Of a stretch of DNA of 64,000 bases, positions 1 through 12,649 are shown one piece after another. Origin of the DNA: Azolla caroliniana (Eukaryota > Plantae > Polypodiophyta); assembly GCA_043228905.1 (NCBI GenBank), contig JBHGNT010000003.1, forward strand, positions 372,001 through 436,000, given 5' to 3'. Within the stretch, counting starts at the first letter, position 1; each line of letters begins with the position of its first letter. The notes below the pieces were generated by a model, which saw nothing but the letters and a program-made list of their open reading frames with translations, was not told the origin of the DNA and did not search any database. A program made the position numbers and the translations under genes.

Positions 1-692
1 CACCCAAGAGGAGATCGTCCGTTCCATCGGCATGATCGGCTTCTGTCCGAACATGAGCTCTGACGGCATGAACCCGGTTACCGAACTGTGCGTTGTCCGG
101 TTCGCCCACAAGGCATAAGGTAACAGTCGTGGCCAGTTCCCGGCCTGGCCTCCGCACGCCCGGACTAGCGCTTTGACGATCGGTCCGTGTCAGCGGTCGA
201 CCTTCCTGTTCGCCTCCGGATTGTACGTTGTGGTGAGCAAGAGCTTGACCCCTAACCGGTCGAACAGCTCCTCGGCCTCTTTGGCGTCCAACTCCCCGTT
301 GTCAGCCACGATCTTCCCGCGCGCACCCGTACCGGCATATCACATCCTCGATCAGGAACCGACACACGACCGCGGTCGTTTTGTTCTGCAGCGCTCGGCC
401 TTCCACCTGGTTCGTTAGGTCCTCCCGGGCCAGCACTAGATATCGCATCTGCCCTACACCCATCGGCATCGTCACCAAATCTACCATCCATTTGAAGTGG
501 ATGGCCGGAGGGTATGTAGGGTGAAGCTCGTCCCGATGTCGGACTATGGAGTGTATCTGACAGCTCTCAAAAGTTGTCACGAACCGATGCACGTCCTGGT
601 ACAGTCCCGGCCACCAGTACTTCCCCTTTAGTTTCTCGAACGTGGCCCAGGTCCCACGGTGTCCACCCGAGGGGCTGTCGTGGTAGGCCTTC
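1..692 (-). pseudogene. Ty3/Gypsy family B integrase fragment
   Basis: ORF 302..703(-) reads HDSP-GHRGTWATFEKLKGKYWWPGLY...CQIHS...WMVDLVTMP, nearly collinear with the integrase part of ORF 37762..41145; it ends abruptly at a junction with family A gag near 692. Confidence 0.9.
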
Positions 693-3370
693 AGCATGGA
701 CACACAACGGCAACCACATCGAGTGGAACAAAAGAGGCAAGAAGACCAACCCTAGTATAGGGATCGCAACCCGCGAGAGGACAGGTACAACCGGAATCAC
801 CAAAATCACAACGAGTCCGAGGAGGAGGACCCGGAGGACGAGGATTATCGTGGACATCCGAGTTACGCCAAAGGAGGCCGGCGATACGAACATCAACGCC
901 CGATGAACAAACGGGGCGGCTTCAATGGCTATCGAGGTAAGCCTCGACAATATAGGGATCACCGGCGTTACGACGAAAGCTCGGGGGATGAGTGGCGCCA
1001 GGAACAACGACGGGATCAATAGCAGCCACTGCGTACGTCCCGACAAACGAGGCCAGACCGCGAAGAGCAAGTAGCGCCCGGAGAACGGCACACTCTACTT
1101 GGGGCTGAGAAGGGAGAATCAAGCATCCACTGTTTTATTTTTCAACAACCCGGACATTATGCCACACAATGCCCAGCACACAAGGGAAAGGGGACCGCCG
1201 TCAACACGATTACGGCGGAGGTGCAACAAGTCACCACACGCCAGCAAATGAAAACGACTGATTGGGTTGCGCAGGACGAGGTACGCCGACAAGCCCAAGC
1301 CTGGGTGGAAAAAGCAAATGCGGCCAATACAGAACGTATGAGGCAGGAGTCCGCGAATCCAATGAAGAAAACAGAGAACGAAAAAACGGGGCCGGACCCC
1401 ATTTGGCAGGTGTTAACGGGCTGTGAAATCACGCTAACTATTGAAAAACTGCTACAGCTAGTTCCACGTTTCCGCCAGACCATGGAAGCACAGGTGGCGG
1501 GCATGACCAGGGCAAGCGTTGCCACAAACCTGACTGACGTCAATGTGGGACCACCAGTGGTAGATCAACACAACCCGGCCATTACAGTAATATTGCACGG
1601 ACAGGAAGTCCCTGGATGTGTAATCGACGGCGGCTCAGGCGTCAATGTGATTAGCGCGAAAACTTGCGAACAATTGGGCATTTCCGAATGGGAGGCATGT
1701 CCATTCTGGCTTCGCATGGCAGATACCCGATCAATGTGACCATTGGGGCTAATTCGCAAAATAGGCATCATCGTGGGCAGACACCGCTTCGACATATCGG
1801 TGGTCGTCCTCGCTTTTGACGCGCCTGGAGCGTACCCAGTGCTTCTAGGCAGACCGTGGCTTCGGACAGCAAATATCAAGCAGAGCTGGCAACACGAGTG
1901 TATCAGCATCGACTAGGGACGCAACACGCAGTGGCAGATTTTTTGAGCAGACTTGAGAGTGGAGAAACAGTACAGAAAGACGACGACGATTCTCCAGACG
2001 CCGACATCTGGCGAGTAGCGACGATTGCAGAAAAAACGGAATCCACCTTTCCGGATCGATGGCTTATGGAAATGACCTACTTTTTGACTACAGGACTACC
2101 TCCACCACAATTATGAACAGACAAGAAGAAACGACTAGTCGTCCGAAGCCGTCACTTCTGCCTGGTCGAAGGGTATTTATATCACAAAGGAAGTGACGAC
2201 ATTTGGTGACGGGGAGTCCGTCAGGATGAAAAAGAAACAGTGTTACGGGAGGCACACTGTGGCACGGTCGGCGGCCATTACGCAGGCAACGTGACAGCCC
2301 GCAAAGTATGGCAGGCGGGCTTATGGTGGCCAGCAACACAGAAGGACGCATCCGAGTATTGTAAAAAGTGTGATTTGTGCCAGCGGATGGGTCAGCCTGG
2401 AGAGGACGCAAGGATGCCACACCAGCCCGTGCTAGCACTGGACCCCTTCCAAAAATGGGGATTGGATTTTGTGGGGCCCTTCACACCACCACCAGCCCGT
2501 ACGAGTAACAAATACATATTGGTAGCCACGGATAACTGTACCAAATGGGTAGAAGCAAAGGCATTACAGGAAAATACGGCGGCCGTCACAGCCAAATTTC
2601 TATACGAGCACATCTGGTGCCGGTTCGGCTTCCCAATTGAGCTCATCAGTGACCAGGGGAGCCACTTCCTCAATACGGTTGTTCGGGAACTAACACAGCA
2701 TTACGCAGTCGTCCACAAGAAAAGCACGCCATACTACCCGCAGGCGAATGGATTAGCGGAATCCATGAACAAAACTTTACAGACCATTTTAAAGAAAACC
2801 GTCAATGAAAACAGAACGGACTGGAATACCAAACTCCAGAGCGTGTTATGGGCGTACAGAACGAGTTACAAAACAAGCATACGGTCAACACCGTTTAGTC
2901 TAGCGTTTGGACTAGAAGCGGTAATGCCGATCGAATTCCGGGTACCTAGTTTGCGCATTCAGGTACGGAACCGATTATCAGAAGCCAAGTCAGAGGAGGA
3001 ACGGCTCTACCAACTCCTCGAACTAGGGGAGAAACGCATCCACAACGTGGCTGTGTTGGAAGAAGAACAACGATGGCGTAAAGCATTTGTCGATCGGCAT
3101 CGAAGCGCAAGGGAAAAGGAGTTCGCCGTGGGTCGAGCAGTGCTAGTTTTTCAAACACGCATGGGCTAGATGCCGATTACGCTACGTTTCCGCTGAACCG
3201 GCCCATACTGGATAATTGGAGCGGAACAGGGCACGTTCCAACTAGGAACACTGGCTGGAGAAATAGTACGGAGAAAAGTGAATGGGTTTCGGCTCAAACC
3301 TTACCTGGGCCCTACACCACCTAACCCATTCACCGCCGAACGGGACAAAGCCGGAGAACCCGCAGCGTAA
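692..3370 (+). pseudogene. Family A gag(3' part)-protease-integrase pseudogene
   Basis: Protease VIDGGSGVNVI (ORF 1221..1739); integrase HHCC and WGLDFVGP...ISDQGSHF...NGLAE (ORF 2240..3169). About 1.7 kb of RT-RNaseH is missing at ~1907; several stops and frameshifts. Confidence 0.88.
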
Positions 3371-3712
3371 AAGGGACAGGCCCAATTCTACTATAATGTA
3401 AAAATAGGGGGTAACTAACCGTTAGAAAAAAAAAAAAAAGGAAAAAAAAAAGAGAGAGAAGATAGCGACTATTAAAACGACTAAAGGCATGCACAAACTC
3501 CTAGTTCAAGAACACGCGGCACCACGATGGCTCACCGCCCAAGGAACCCTAAGCCACAAAAAGAAGGAAATAGAAGGTTTTCTGCACAAAGCAGAAACAC
3601 AGAGTCTAGCTATTAGCGCTCCCATCGCTCCTCCTCACCTTCTTCCCCATCACATCTGAGAGCTCTAACTCACCACGGCTACCCGTCGCCTCCCCACGAA
3701 CCTACCCTGGCA

Positions 3713-6474
3713 ATGTCGATCTTCATCTCTACTGCCCTACGCCGATGGCTCGTGGAGAAGTGCCTGGATGGTTATATTCGGGTCGTAGAAGCACCTCCGC
3801 ACCCGGACGCCATGGACATCGCCAAGCGGCTTAAAATCGACACGATCACAAACTCTTCCGTTCGGAAGAAGTTAGACCTATCTTCATAAGGCGAAAGACA
3901 TTTCGAAATACCTCCTACAGAGGCGCTACAGCGATATTTTGGCCCATACTCATCCTCCGCCAAAGCCTATAGAACAAAACAGATTCCGGATCCCTTCTTC
4001 CGTGAAGTGGCCAAGTTCCTACTGGAAGTAGGCTGCATCCATGTCAATGCTTACGGGATGCCTAAACAGAAGGCGGGCATCATTATCGACACCTTTGAGG
4101 GGCGTACAGTCGACTGGGGGTCATCACAGGGCCGGCGTTACGGGAAGGCTTGCATGCGTACCAAGCAGGCAAAAAGATCCGGCCAATCATCCAACAATAC
4201 CTTACGGTACTATTTCCACCCCGAGGTCTACCAGCACCATAGCCCAGCAGCCAACCCACGGCCCCGCCCCGCTCCGCGAAACACAGGTTAGCGGAGTTAG
4301 CGGCCCCAACATGGGAGGAGGAACCCCAACCGGCCCAACCAGACGCAAGGACAACACCTCCTACCGACCAACCGGATATACGAGCGACACAGGAGGAACA
4401 GCCGAGACACCCCATGGAGGCAGCCCCAAAACAAGCCACCGAAGCACGTGGGGAAAGCCCTAGACCCAAATGGCGCAGATTGGACAGAAAGGATGGGCGG
4501 GGGTTGGTAAAAAACGCCCCCAGAGATCCGGAGGCACCAACCGCAAGCGAAGGCCCCGCAACAGCAGAGCCGAATACCACCTTCGAAATCATCCGGGAGC
4601 CGCGGCCGATTATTACGACTCAGTCCCAGCGAGGGAAAGTCGTATTGATGGCGGAAAGCGAGGTTTTGGCATATCCGGATATTCCGGATACGGCCCACGA
4701 ATTCAGCGCCCTCTTGCAGTTCGGGACCTCTTTCGAGCTCATGGAGTTCCTGGCAACACAACAGGTCAAAACCGCTTAACGCATGGCCGAGGACCTTGCA
4801 GAACGATAGATGATAGAGCGCGCCCTAACACAGACAACGAAGAGCAACGATGAGGACCAGCTGGCAAGGGTCGGCAGACAGAGGAACGCTGGGGTACAGC
4901 GAGTAGGGATGGAAATACTACCCTTAAACACGACCCTAGTCGAAGTCCATCGGGAACTGGCAAAGGTCAGCACGGGCGCCAAGGAGATGGCCATAAAAAA
5001 TAAGAATGTCTGGAAGAAGTTTAAAATGACCGAAGCCGAACTGCACAAGGCCAACGCACGCATCACCAAGTTAGAAGCTCATACGACTACGACGCAACAC
5101 GAAATCCCGCCACCGAACCACGTTATTGACGCTCTCAAAGAAGAAATCGAGGCTCGGACCGCCATCGCCTCAAAAACAAAAAGGGCCGTGCAGCTAGCGG
5201 AATCCAAAATTGACCGCCTTCGAGCAGAGCTACGCCAATCCTCCGACAGAGAAAAGGAGATACGGGCTAACAGACGAAAAGCTGTAAAAACGCTTGAAGA
5301 GAAACTAGCTACGGAGGTGGCACAGCACATCCGGACAAAAGACGACAACGCCCAATTACGAGAGGACGCGAAGAAATCAGAGGCGGCAATAGCGGGGCTT
5401 CGGGCCTTATTAGAGGAAAAGAAGGTATGGTTCGATGAACAGTTGGTAGTCGCACAAGATAGACGGCATCAACTCAAAATCCGCCTAAACAATGAAATGG
5501 GGATATTAGAAAAACAGCATGAAAAGGAATCCCAGTTGTGGGCGGGCCTGAAGGCCACGTATGAGGAAGCGGCAGCCGTTAAACAGCAGGAAATCGCAAA
5601 TCTCCAGAAGTTGATGGAAGATGCACACAACCGCTGCCAGGCCATCACGGATAACGTGCGCATCCTTCTCCAAACCAACCGGGAAAGGTTCACAGTACAA
5701 TTAAAAACGGCGCTGGACAAAGGATGGATGGCGTGGGCAACCCAAGCAGCAGAATTGCACGCGTATCGTGCGGACAGGGAGAACCGGCAGAAAGACGGCC
5801 GAGGGTTTTATAAGCTAAACGAGGAGAGCATTGCGACCGTACGGGAGGACCTAGCGCAAGACTATCGCGCATTAGCAGACCAACACTCCGAAGAACTCGC
5901 ACAACTCCTAGATTATTTTGGTGAAAGTCAGGAGGAGCTATTTCACCAGATCACACAAACCGGCAACACGCATACAAACGAGGAACCCAGTGAGACACCA
6001 ATTACGGGCCCAGCTGAAGAAGAGGAACCTCAGGACCGAATACCAGCGAGGACAACGGAGGAGAATAGCGGGGACGAACGAGCGGAGTTCCCCACAAGAC
6101 CAGACAGCGAAACGATTAACCAACAAAAGGTCCAGCCCACGCCATCGTCAGAAAACACGGAAAATAGTGTGGACCAGGCGGAATCCCCGCCCCACGCCCA
6201 AGGACACACAAAAACGGCCAACACCACGGAGGACGTAACAATAGAGGCGAAGCAGCAGTCGACGGCAAGCACGCTACCGTCGGAGGCCAGTCCACGAACT
6301 CAAGAAGAGCCCACCGTACCCGGACCACCGACACATAGCGAAGGCGACTCCGGGAGAAACCAGGCTGTCCAAGCAGAGGAGCCGCACCACGATGCTCCTA
6401 CGGGCCCTACATCAACTCCGGCCGAGGACACCACAACAGAGCCAAACATCCGGGGCATTTTGGAAGAAGATTAA
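3713..6474 (+). pseudogene. Family A extra ORF3 (unknown N-terminal domain, long coiled coil, acidic/Pro-Thr tail); C-terminal 554 codons still open
   Basis: ATG at 3713 matches the start of ORF 22054..22551(-) MPIIISTALRQWLVEK; pieces in ORFs 4007, 4414 and 4810..6474; homologous DNA in all three family A copies. Confidence 0.8.
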
Positions 6475-6503
6475 TGGGATGGGTCCGACGTGCAAAAGGC
6501 ACT

Positions 6504-6520
6504 GTCCCACAGGCGTGCTA
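6504..6520 (-). promoter_or_regulatory. Inverted PBS-like motif in place of a PPT (family A)
   Basis: gtcccacaggcgtgcta lies 2 nt before the 3' LTR; its reverse complement TAGCACGCCTGTGGGAC resembles the family PBS TGGCACGCCTGGTG. Confidence 0.65.
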
Positions 6521-6522
6521 GG

Positions 6523-6963
6523 TGTTGTCCGTCGGAATAGTAACCGACGGCCAAAAGCGTAGGAATAAGAAACTATTTAAAGCGTAACGTATGTAACGGT
6601 TCACACGGGTACGCGTGAACGGCTAATTAGACCCTGCATATATAAAGGGCAAAAAACCTCGTAACGAGGTGTGTAAATTCGGGGAATTGTAAAAAGAACG
6701 CCTGATAATAGAATATTGTCTTCTCTGAGTTTCTGTGTATAGCTACGGCTAATTCAGTGTATGTGTCTTGGATACGTAATCGTAGTAGTACGTAAGCGCA
6801 ACCTGTGAGAAGGAGTCGGTTGTAGCTCTCTCCCCTTACACCCAGCGGAGTCACAGCGGTTCTCTCCTTACGTAGTACGATTAAGCTTGGTTCGTTGTTC
6901 CACACCCACCTTGGGGTCTAGGTCGAAGGACTGACCACGGCCCGTGTTTCCTAAGAGGCAACA
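6523..6963 (+). repeat. Family A 3' LTR (441 bp)
   Basis: TGTTG...CAACA termini; homologous to 7281-7719 and to the reverse complement of 28333-28774; TATA-like tatataaag at ~6638. Confidence 0.92.
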
Positions 6964-7280
6964 GGAACCGACCAACGAAGCAATTGTGGCTGTCACAAGA
7001 GAAATACGTGACAAAGGTGCTTCAGCAGTTCAACATGTTAGAAGCGAAACCAGTCGGATCGACACTCCGAGCAAACTATAGATTATCGGGTAAGCAAAGC
7101 CTGAAGACGAAAGCAGAGAAGGCTGATATGATGAAGGTTCCATATGCCTCTGCCGTCGGGAGCTTAATGTACGCAATGGTGTGTACCCAACCGGATATAG
7201 GATACGCAATCGAAGTGGTGAGCCGGTTTATGAGCAATCCTGGCAAGAAGCACTGGAACACGGTCAAATGGATACTCCGG

Positions 7281-7719
7281 TGTTGTCCGCCGGAATAGTA
7301 ACCGACGGCCAAAAGCGTAGGAATAAGAAACTATATAAGCATAACGTATGTAACGGTTCACACAGGAAGCGTGAACGGCTAATTAGACCCTGCATATATA
7401 AAGGGCAAAAAACCTCTTATGGAGGTGCGTGTAAATTTTGGGAAATGTAAAAGAACGCCTAATAATAGAATGTTATCTTCTCTGAGTTTCTATGTATAGT
7501 TGCGGCTAATTCAATGTCTATGTCTCGACTACGTAAGCGTAGTAGTACGTAAGTGTAACCTGTGATAAGGATTCGGTTGTAGCCGTCTTCCCTTATACGC
7601 GAAGGAATTACAGAGGTTCTCTCCTTACGAAGTACGCTTGACCTCTGTTCGTTGTTCCACACCCACCTTGGGGTCTAGGTCGAAGGACTGACCACGGACC
7701 GTGTTCCTAAGAGGCAACA
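7281..7719 (+). repeat. Family A 5' LTR (439 bp)
   Basis: TGTTG...CAACA; homologous to 6523-6963. Confidence 0.92.
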
Positions 7720-7723
7720 CTTT

Positions 7724-7738
7724 TGGCACGCTTGGTGA
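7724..7738 (+). promoter_or_regulatory. Primer binding site, probably tRNA-Arg
   Basis: tggcacgcttggtga 4 nt after the LTR; copy 3 has tggcatgcctggtga; consensus TGGCACGCCTGGTG resembles the Arg PBS (TGGCACGCC...) of Tat-type elements. Confidence 0.75.
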
Positions 7739-8007
7739 TCTGTGTTTTCTCACAGACGAGCAACAACGAATGGATGTTTAGCTGTAGATGACCCAGAGAA
7801 CCAACAAGACAAGATCGGCCAATAACAAGCTCCGTCACGCGCCAGGCAGAAGAACACACCCGACAAAAGCCGCGCATCGGCGACCTCAGTACTACCTGCC
7901 AGGATTGCAAAGGGGATTCCTTGCTCCCCAAATACCTCGACAAGACGAGGGGACCACGCTCACCGCAGCCACTCGGTGACCTTTTCCGATCCGCCGTAGC
8001 TCCCACG

Positions 8008-11000
8008 ATGACCTTTGCCTACCCCCGCGTTAACGGCGAAACCGACGCCGCAACTCATGTTCGCATGTTCTTGAACGTTTGGAATGCGAACCACATGGCG
8101 CAGAATCTCTCCGAGACGGTAGCACACCAGTCAAAAATGACGGATTTCGGATTAACATTTGATGGGCGTGCGGCGTTCTGGCATTCACAGATAGACTTAC
8201 CAGCCATAACAACCTTCGATCAGCTGCAGTCCGCCTTCTTGCGATTCTTCCACTGGCGGGTTCCACAACGCGAGATTCTCGGGCAGTTTTATACAATTAA
8301 GCAACTACCGACCGAGACGATAGCAGACTTCAGCTTACGTTTCCAAAATTTACGACGGAAACTAGATCGAAGCCCCGTAGAGGAGGCTCGGGAGACATTT
8401 CTAGCAGCGTTACGCCAGCCCATCCGGGCAACGCTCAACAACAATAGCGTGAAAGGGGAAACGGCGGATATGGTGATTGAACGAGCGTTACAGCTCGAGT
8501 TGGATGACGACGAGGAGAGGTTTTCGATGTCATCCTTACGACAAGCGTTACCTCAGGATGAGGAACGCCAATTTCGTCAAGCAATCCAGTGCACGATTTG
8601 CTTGAACTCGGGGCATTCCGCGGTGGAGTGCAATATGTGAATCCACTGCCCAATCTGCCACTCGAAGGTTCACACAGTCGACCAATGCGAGTATAATATG
8701 TTAAACAGAGCCACTCCCACGGTCCGCAGCATGGACACACAGCGTCAACCGCACCGGGCGGAACAAAGGACGCAAGAAGACCGACCCTGGTATAAGGATC
8801 GCAACCCGCGGGAGGACCGGTACAACCGGAATCGCCGGAATCACAACGAGTCCGAGGAGGACGACCCGGAGGACGAGGATTATCGTGGACATCCGAGTTA
8901 CGCCAAAGGGGGTCGGCGATATGAACATCAACACCCGACAAACAAACGGGGTGGCTTCAATGGCTATCGGGGTAAGCCTCGACAATATAGGGATCACCGG
9001 CGTTACGACGAAAGCGCAGGGGATGAGCGGCACCAAGAACAACGACGGGACCAACAGCAGCCACCGCGTACGTTCTGACAAACGAGGCCGGACCGCGAAG
9101 AGCAAGTAGCGCCCGGAGAGCGGCACACTCCACCTGGGGCTGAGAAGGGAGAATCAAGCATCCATTGTTTTATTTGTCAACAGCCCAGACACTATGCCTC
9201 GCAATGCCCAACACGCAAGGGAAAGGGGCCCGCCATCAACACGATTACGGTAGAGGTGCAACAAGTCACAACACGCCAGCAAACGAAAACGGCGGATTGG
9301 GTTGCGCAGGACGAGGTACGACGACAAGCCCAAGCCTGGTGGAAAAAGCAAACGCGATCAATACGGAACGTATGAGGCAGGAGTCGGCGAACGCAATGGA
9401 GCGAACAGAGAACGAAAAACCGGGGCCGAACCCCATTTGGCAGGTGTTAGCAGGCTGTGAAATCACGTTAACTATGGAAAAACTACTACAGCTAGTTCCA
9501 CGTTTCTGCCAGACCATGGAAGCACAGGTGGCGGGCATGACCGGGGCGAGCGTTGCCACAAACCTAACAGACGTCAACGAGGGACCACCAGTGGTGGATT
9601 AGCACAACCCGGCCATTATAGTAATATTGCACGGACAAGAAGTTCCTGGATGTGTAATCGACAGCGGCTCAAGCGTCAATGTGATTAGCATGAAAACTTG
9701 CAAATAGTTCGGCATTTCCGAATGGGAGGCGTGTCCATTCTGGCTTCGCATGGCAGATACCCGATCAGTGCGACCGTTGGGGCTAATTTGCAAAATAGGC
9801 ATCATCGTGGGCGGACACCGCTTCGACATATCGGCGATCGTCCTCGCTTTGGACGCCCCAGGAGCGTACCCAGTGCTTCTGGGCAGACCATGGCTTCGGA
9901 CAGCAAATATCAAACAGAGCTGGCAACACGAGTGTATCAGTTTCCGGCATGGACGCACCAAGGTTCGTGTACCTACGGAAGCCAACACGCCACAACCTAA
10001 GGGTATAACACCGTTATATGCGGAAGACATCAATATGTTGGCTGGGGTAGAGGATGCCGAATTGGAAGCGTACCTTGACGAACATCCTCGGATTCTTCCA
10101 CTGTTCGAAATAGATGTCATCGCAACTGCGGCAGAATATACTATGGCCATTGTTTCGAACGAAGAGCCGTACGAACCAAACCCAGAGTCCATATTGGAAC
10201 TCAGCAGAGCACGGGCGGCCTTCGAAAGGGAAATGGAGATTTCACGACGAGTCACTACTTCCGCTCTCGACGAAGTGAATGTGGGTACGGGATCGGAACC
10301 CCGGTTCCTCTCCATAGCAAAGGAATTGCGACCGGACCAGAGAACCACAATGATCGCACTACTCACGGAATATAAAGATGTGTTCGCGTGGGCTCACGAG
10401 GACATGAAGGGGTTAGATCCCAAGTTCTATCAGCATAAGATCAATTTAGCAACGGACGCGAAACCTGTCCAGCGGCGCCACTACCGCATGAACCCTAATT
10501 ACGCGACCTGCGTGAAAGAAGAAATTAACAAGCTGCTAAGGGCGGGGTTCATACGGCCAGTTAAACAAGCGACATGGCTTAGCCCGATAGTGGTTGTCCC
10601 AAAGAAAAACGGCAAAATATGGGTATGCGTGGATTACCGAAAATTAAACGTCGTAACCATTACGGACGCATTTCCCTTACCCTTCACTGATAGCGTGCTG
10701 GACGCCGTCGCAGGCCATGAGATGTACAGTTTCTTAGATGGTTTCAGTGGCTATAACCAAGTACGCATGCACCTCGAGGACTAGGAGAAGACGACATTTG
10801 TCACGGACTGGGGAGTATATGTGGCGGTCGTCATGATGTTCAGGCTAAAAACAGGGTCGGCAACATTTCAACGAACAATTACGGAGATCTTTGGGGAATA
10901 CATTCCGGCGTTCATGCAAGTCTTTTTAGACGATTTTGTGGTATATGGGCGAACAAAAGACCATTTCTCGCACTTAGGTCTGTGCCTGGAATGTTGCCGC

Positions 11001-12649
11001 ACCGCACGCTTAAGCCTGAATCCCGCGAAATGTGCCTTCGGCGTGACCAACGGGACTCTCCTAGGCCACATTGTCAGCAAAGAAGGAATAGCGGTCGACC
11101 CAAACAAGATCTTCGCTATTACGCAAGCTCAAACTCCGACAAATGCCAAATCACTTAGCCGATTTCTGGGCCAAATACGGTGGCATAGTCGGATGATACG
11201 GTATTTGGCAAACTTCACCACGCCACTACACGCTGTCGTACATCGGACTCCTTTCCAATGGACTGCAATAGAGGATAAGGCCTATGAGGCACTTAAGATA
11301 ATGCTCACACAGGCCCCCGTCGTACAACCTCCAGTTTGGGCGAAGCCATTCCACGTGTTCGTCGACGCCTCAGACATAGCAATAGGAAGCGCACTAATGC
11401 AACTCACCGAACCAAACTGGTACAGGCCAGTATACTACGCAAGTCGTAAATTGTCAGCAGCAGAGCGTAACTATTCCACAACAGAGCGAGAGGCGCTAGG
11501 GATGATCTGTAGCATCAATAAATTCTGACATTATTAACTAGGACGGAAATTCACGTTCCACGTGGATCATTCGGCATTATTGTATTTGGTGGAGAAACAA
11601 GCCCTGACAAGGAAATTGCGCGGTGGATGCTGCTACTCCAGGAATTCGAGTTCGTAATTCAGCACCAGCCAGAGACACAACACGCAGTGGCGGATTTTTT
11701 GAGCAAGACGCAAGGATGCCACACCAACCCATATTACCGTTGGACCCCTTCCAAAAGTGGGGATTGGATTTTGTGGGGCCCTTCACACCAGCAACGGCCC
11801 GTACGGGCAACAAATACATATTGGTAGCCACAGATTACTGTACCAAATGGGTAGAAGCAAAGGCACTACGGGAAAATACAGCGATCGTCACAGCCAAATT
11901 TCTGTACGAGCACATCTGGTGCCGGTTCGGCTGCCCGATTGAGCTCATCAGTGACCAGGGGAGCCACTTCCTCAATACGGTGGTTCGGGAACTAACACAA
12001 CATTACGCAGTAGACCACAAGAAGAGCACGCCATACTACCCGCAGGCGAATGGATTAGCGGAATCCACGAACAAAACTTTATAGACCATTTTGAAGAAAA
12101 TCGTCAATGAAAATAGAACGGACTTGGATACCTGTCAGAACTAGTTACAAACCAAGCATACAGTCCACACCGTTCCGGCTAGCGTTTGGACTAGAGGCTG
12201 TGATGCCGATCGAATTTCGGGTACCTAGTTTGCGCATTCAGGTACGGAACCGATTATAAGAAGCCAAGTCGGAGGAGGAACGGCTCTACCAACTCCTCGA
12301 ACTAGGGGAAAAACGCGTCCACAACATGGCTGTGTTGGAAGAGGAACAGCGACGGCGTAAAGCGTTTGTCGATCGACATCGGAGCGCAAGGGAAAAGGAG
12401 TTCGTCGTGGGCCGAGCGGTGCTAGTTTTTCAAACACGCATGGGCCAGATGTCGGGGAAGCTACGTTTCCGCTGGACCAGCCCATACTGGATAATTGGAG
12501 CGGAACAGGGCACGTTCCAACTAGGAACGCTGGCTGGAGAAATAGTACGACAAAAAGTGAATGGGTTTCGACTCAAACCTTACCTGGACCCTACGCCACC
12601 TAACCCATTCACTGCTGAACGGGACAAAGCCGAAGAACCTGCAGCATAA
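8008..12649 (+). pseudogene. Family A gag-pol (Gag, 3 CCHC knuckles, PR, RT, RNaseH, IN)
   Basis: RT motifs CVDYRKLN, FLDGFSGYNQ and VFLDDF; RNaseH VDASDIAIG...EREALG; IN core; order RT-RH-IN is Gypsy. Multiple stops and a deletion at ~11705. Confidence 0.92.

Larger units (their letters stand above)
692..6963 (+). mobile_element. Ty3/Gypsy family A, copy 1 (5'-truncated, RT-RNaseH deleted, 3' LTR present)
   Basis: Collinear with copy 2 from mid-gag (cagcatggacacac, cf. ~8727) through protease, integrase and ORF3 to an LTR at 6523-6963. Confidence 0.9.

Noticed and set aside
4810-6474. Host SMC/myosin-like gene or a retroviral env
   Set aside because: It lies between pol and the LTR in three element copies, has no introns, and shows no signal peptide or transmembrane segment.
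6523-7719. LTRs 6523-6963 and 7281-7719 as one tiny TRIM-like element
   Set aside because: The 317 bp between them is Copia RT that continues at ~15454, and the LTRs are visibly diverged; they belong to two separate insertions.
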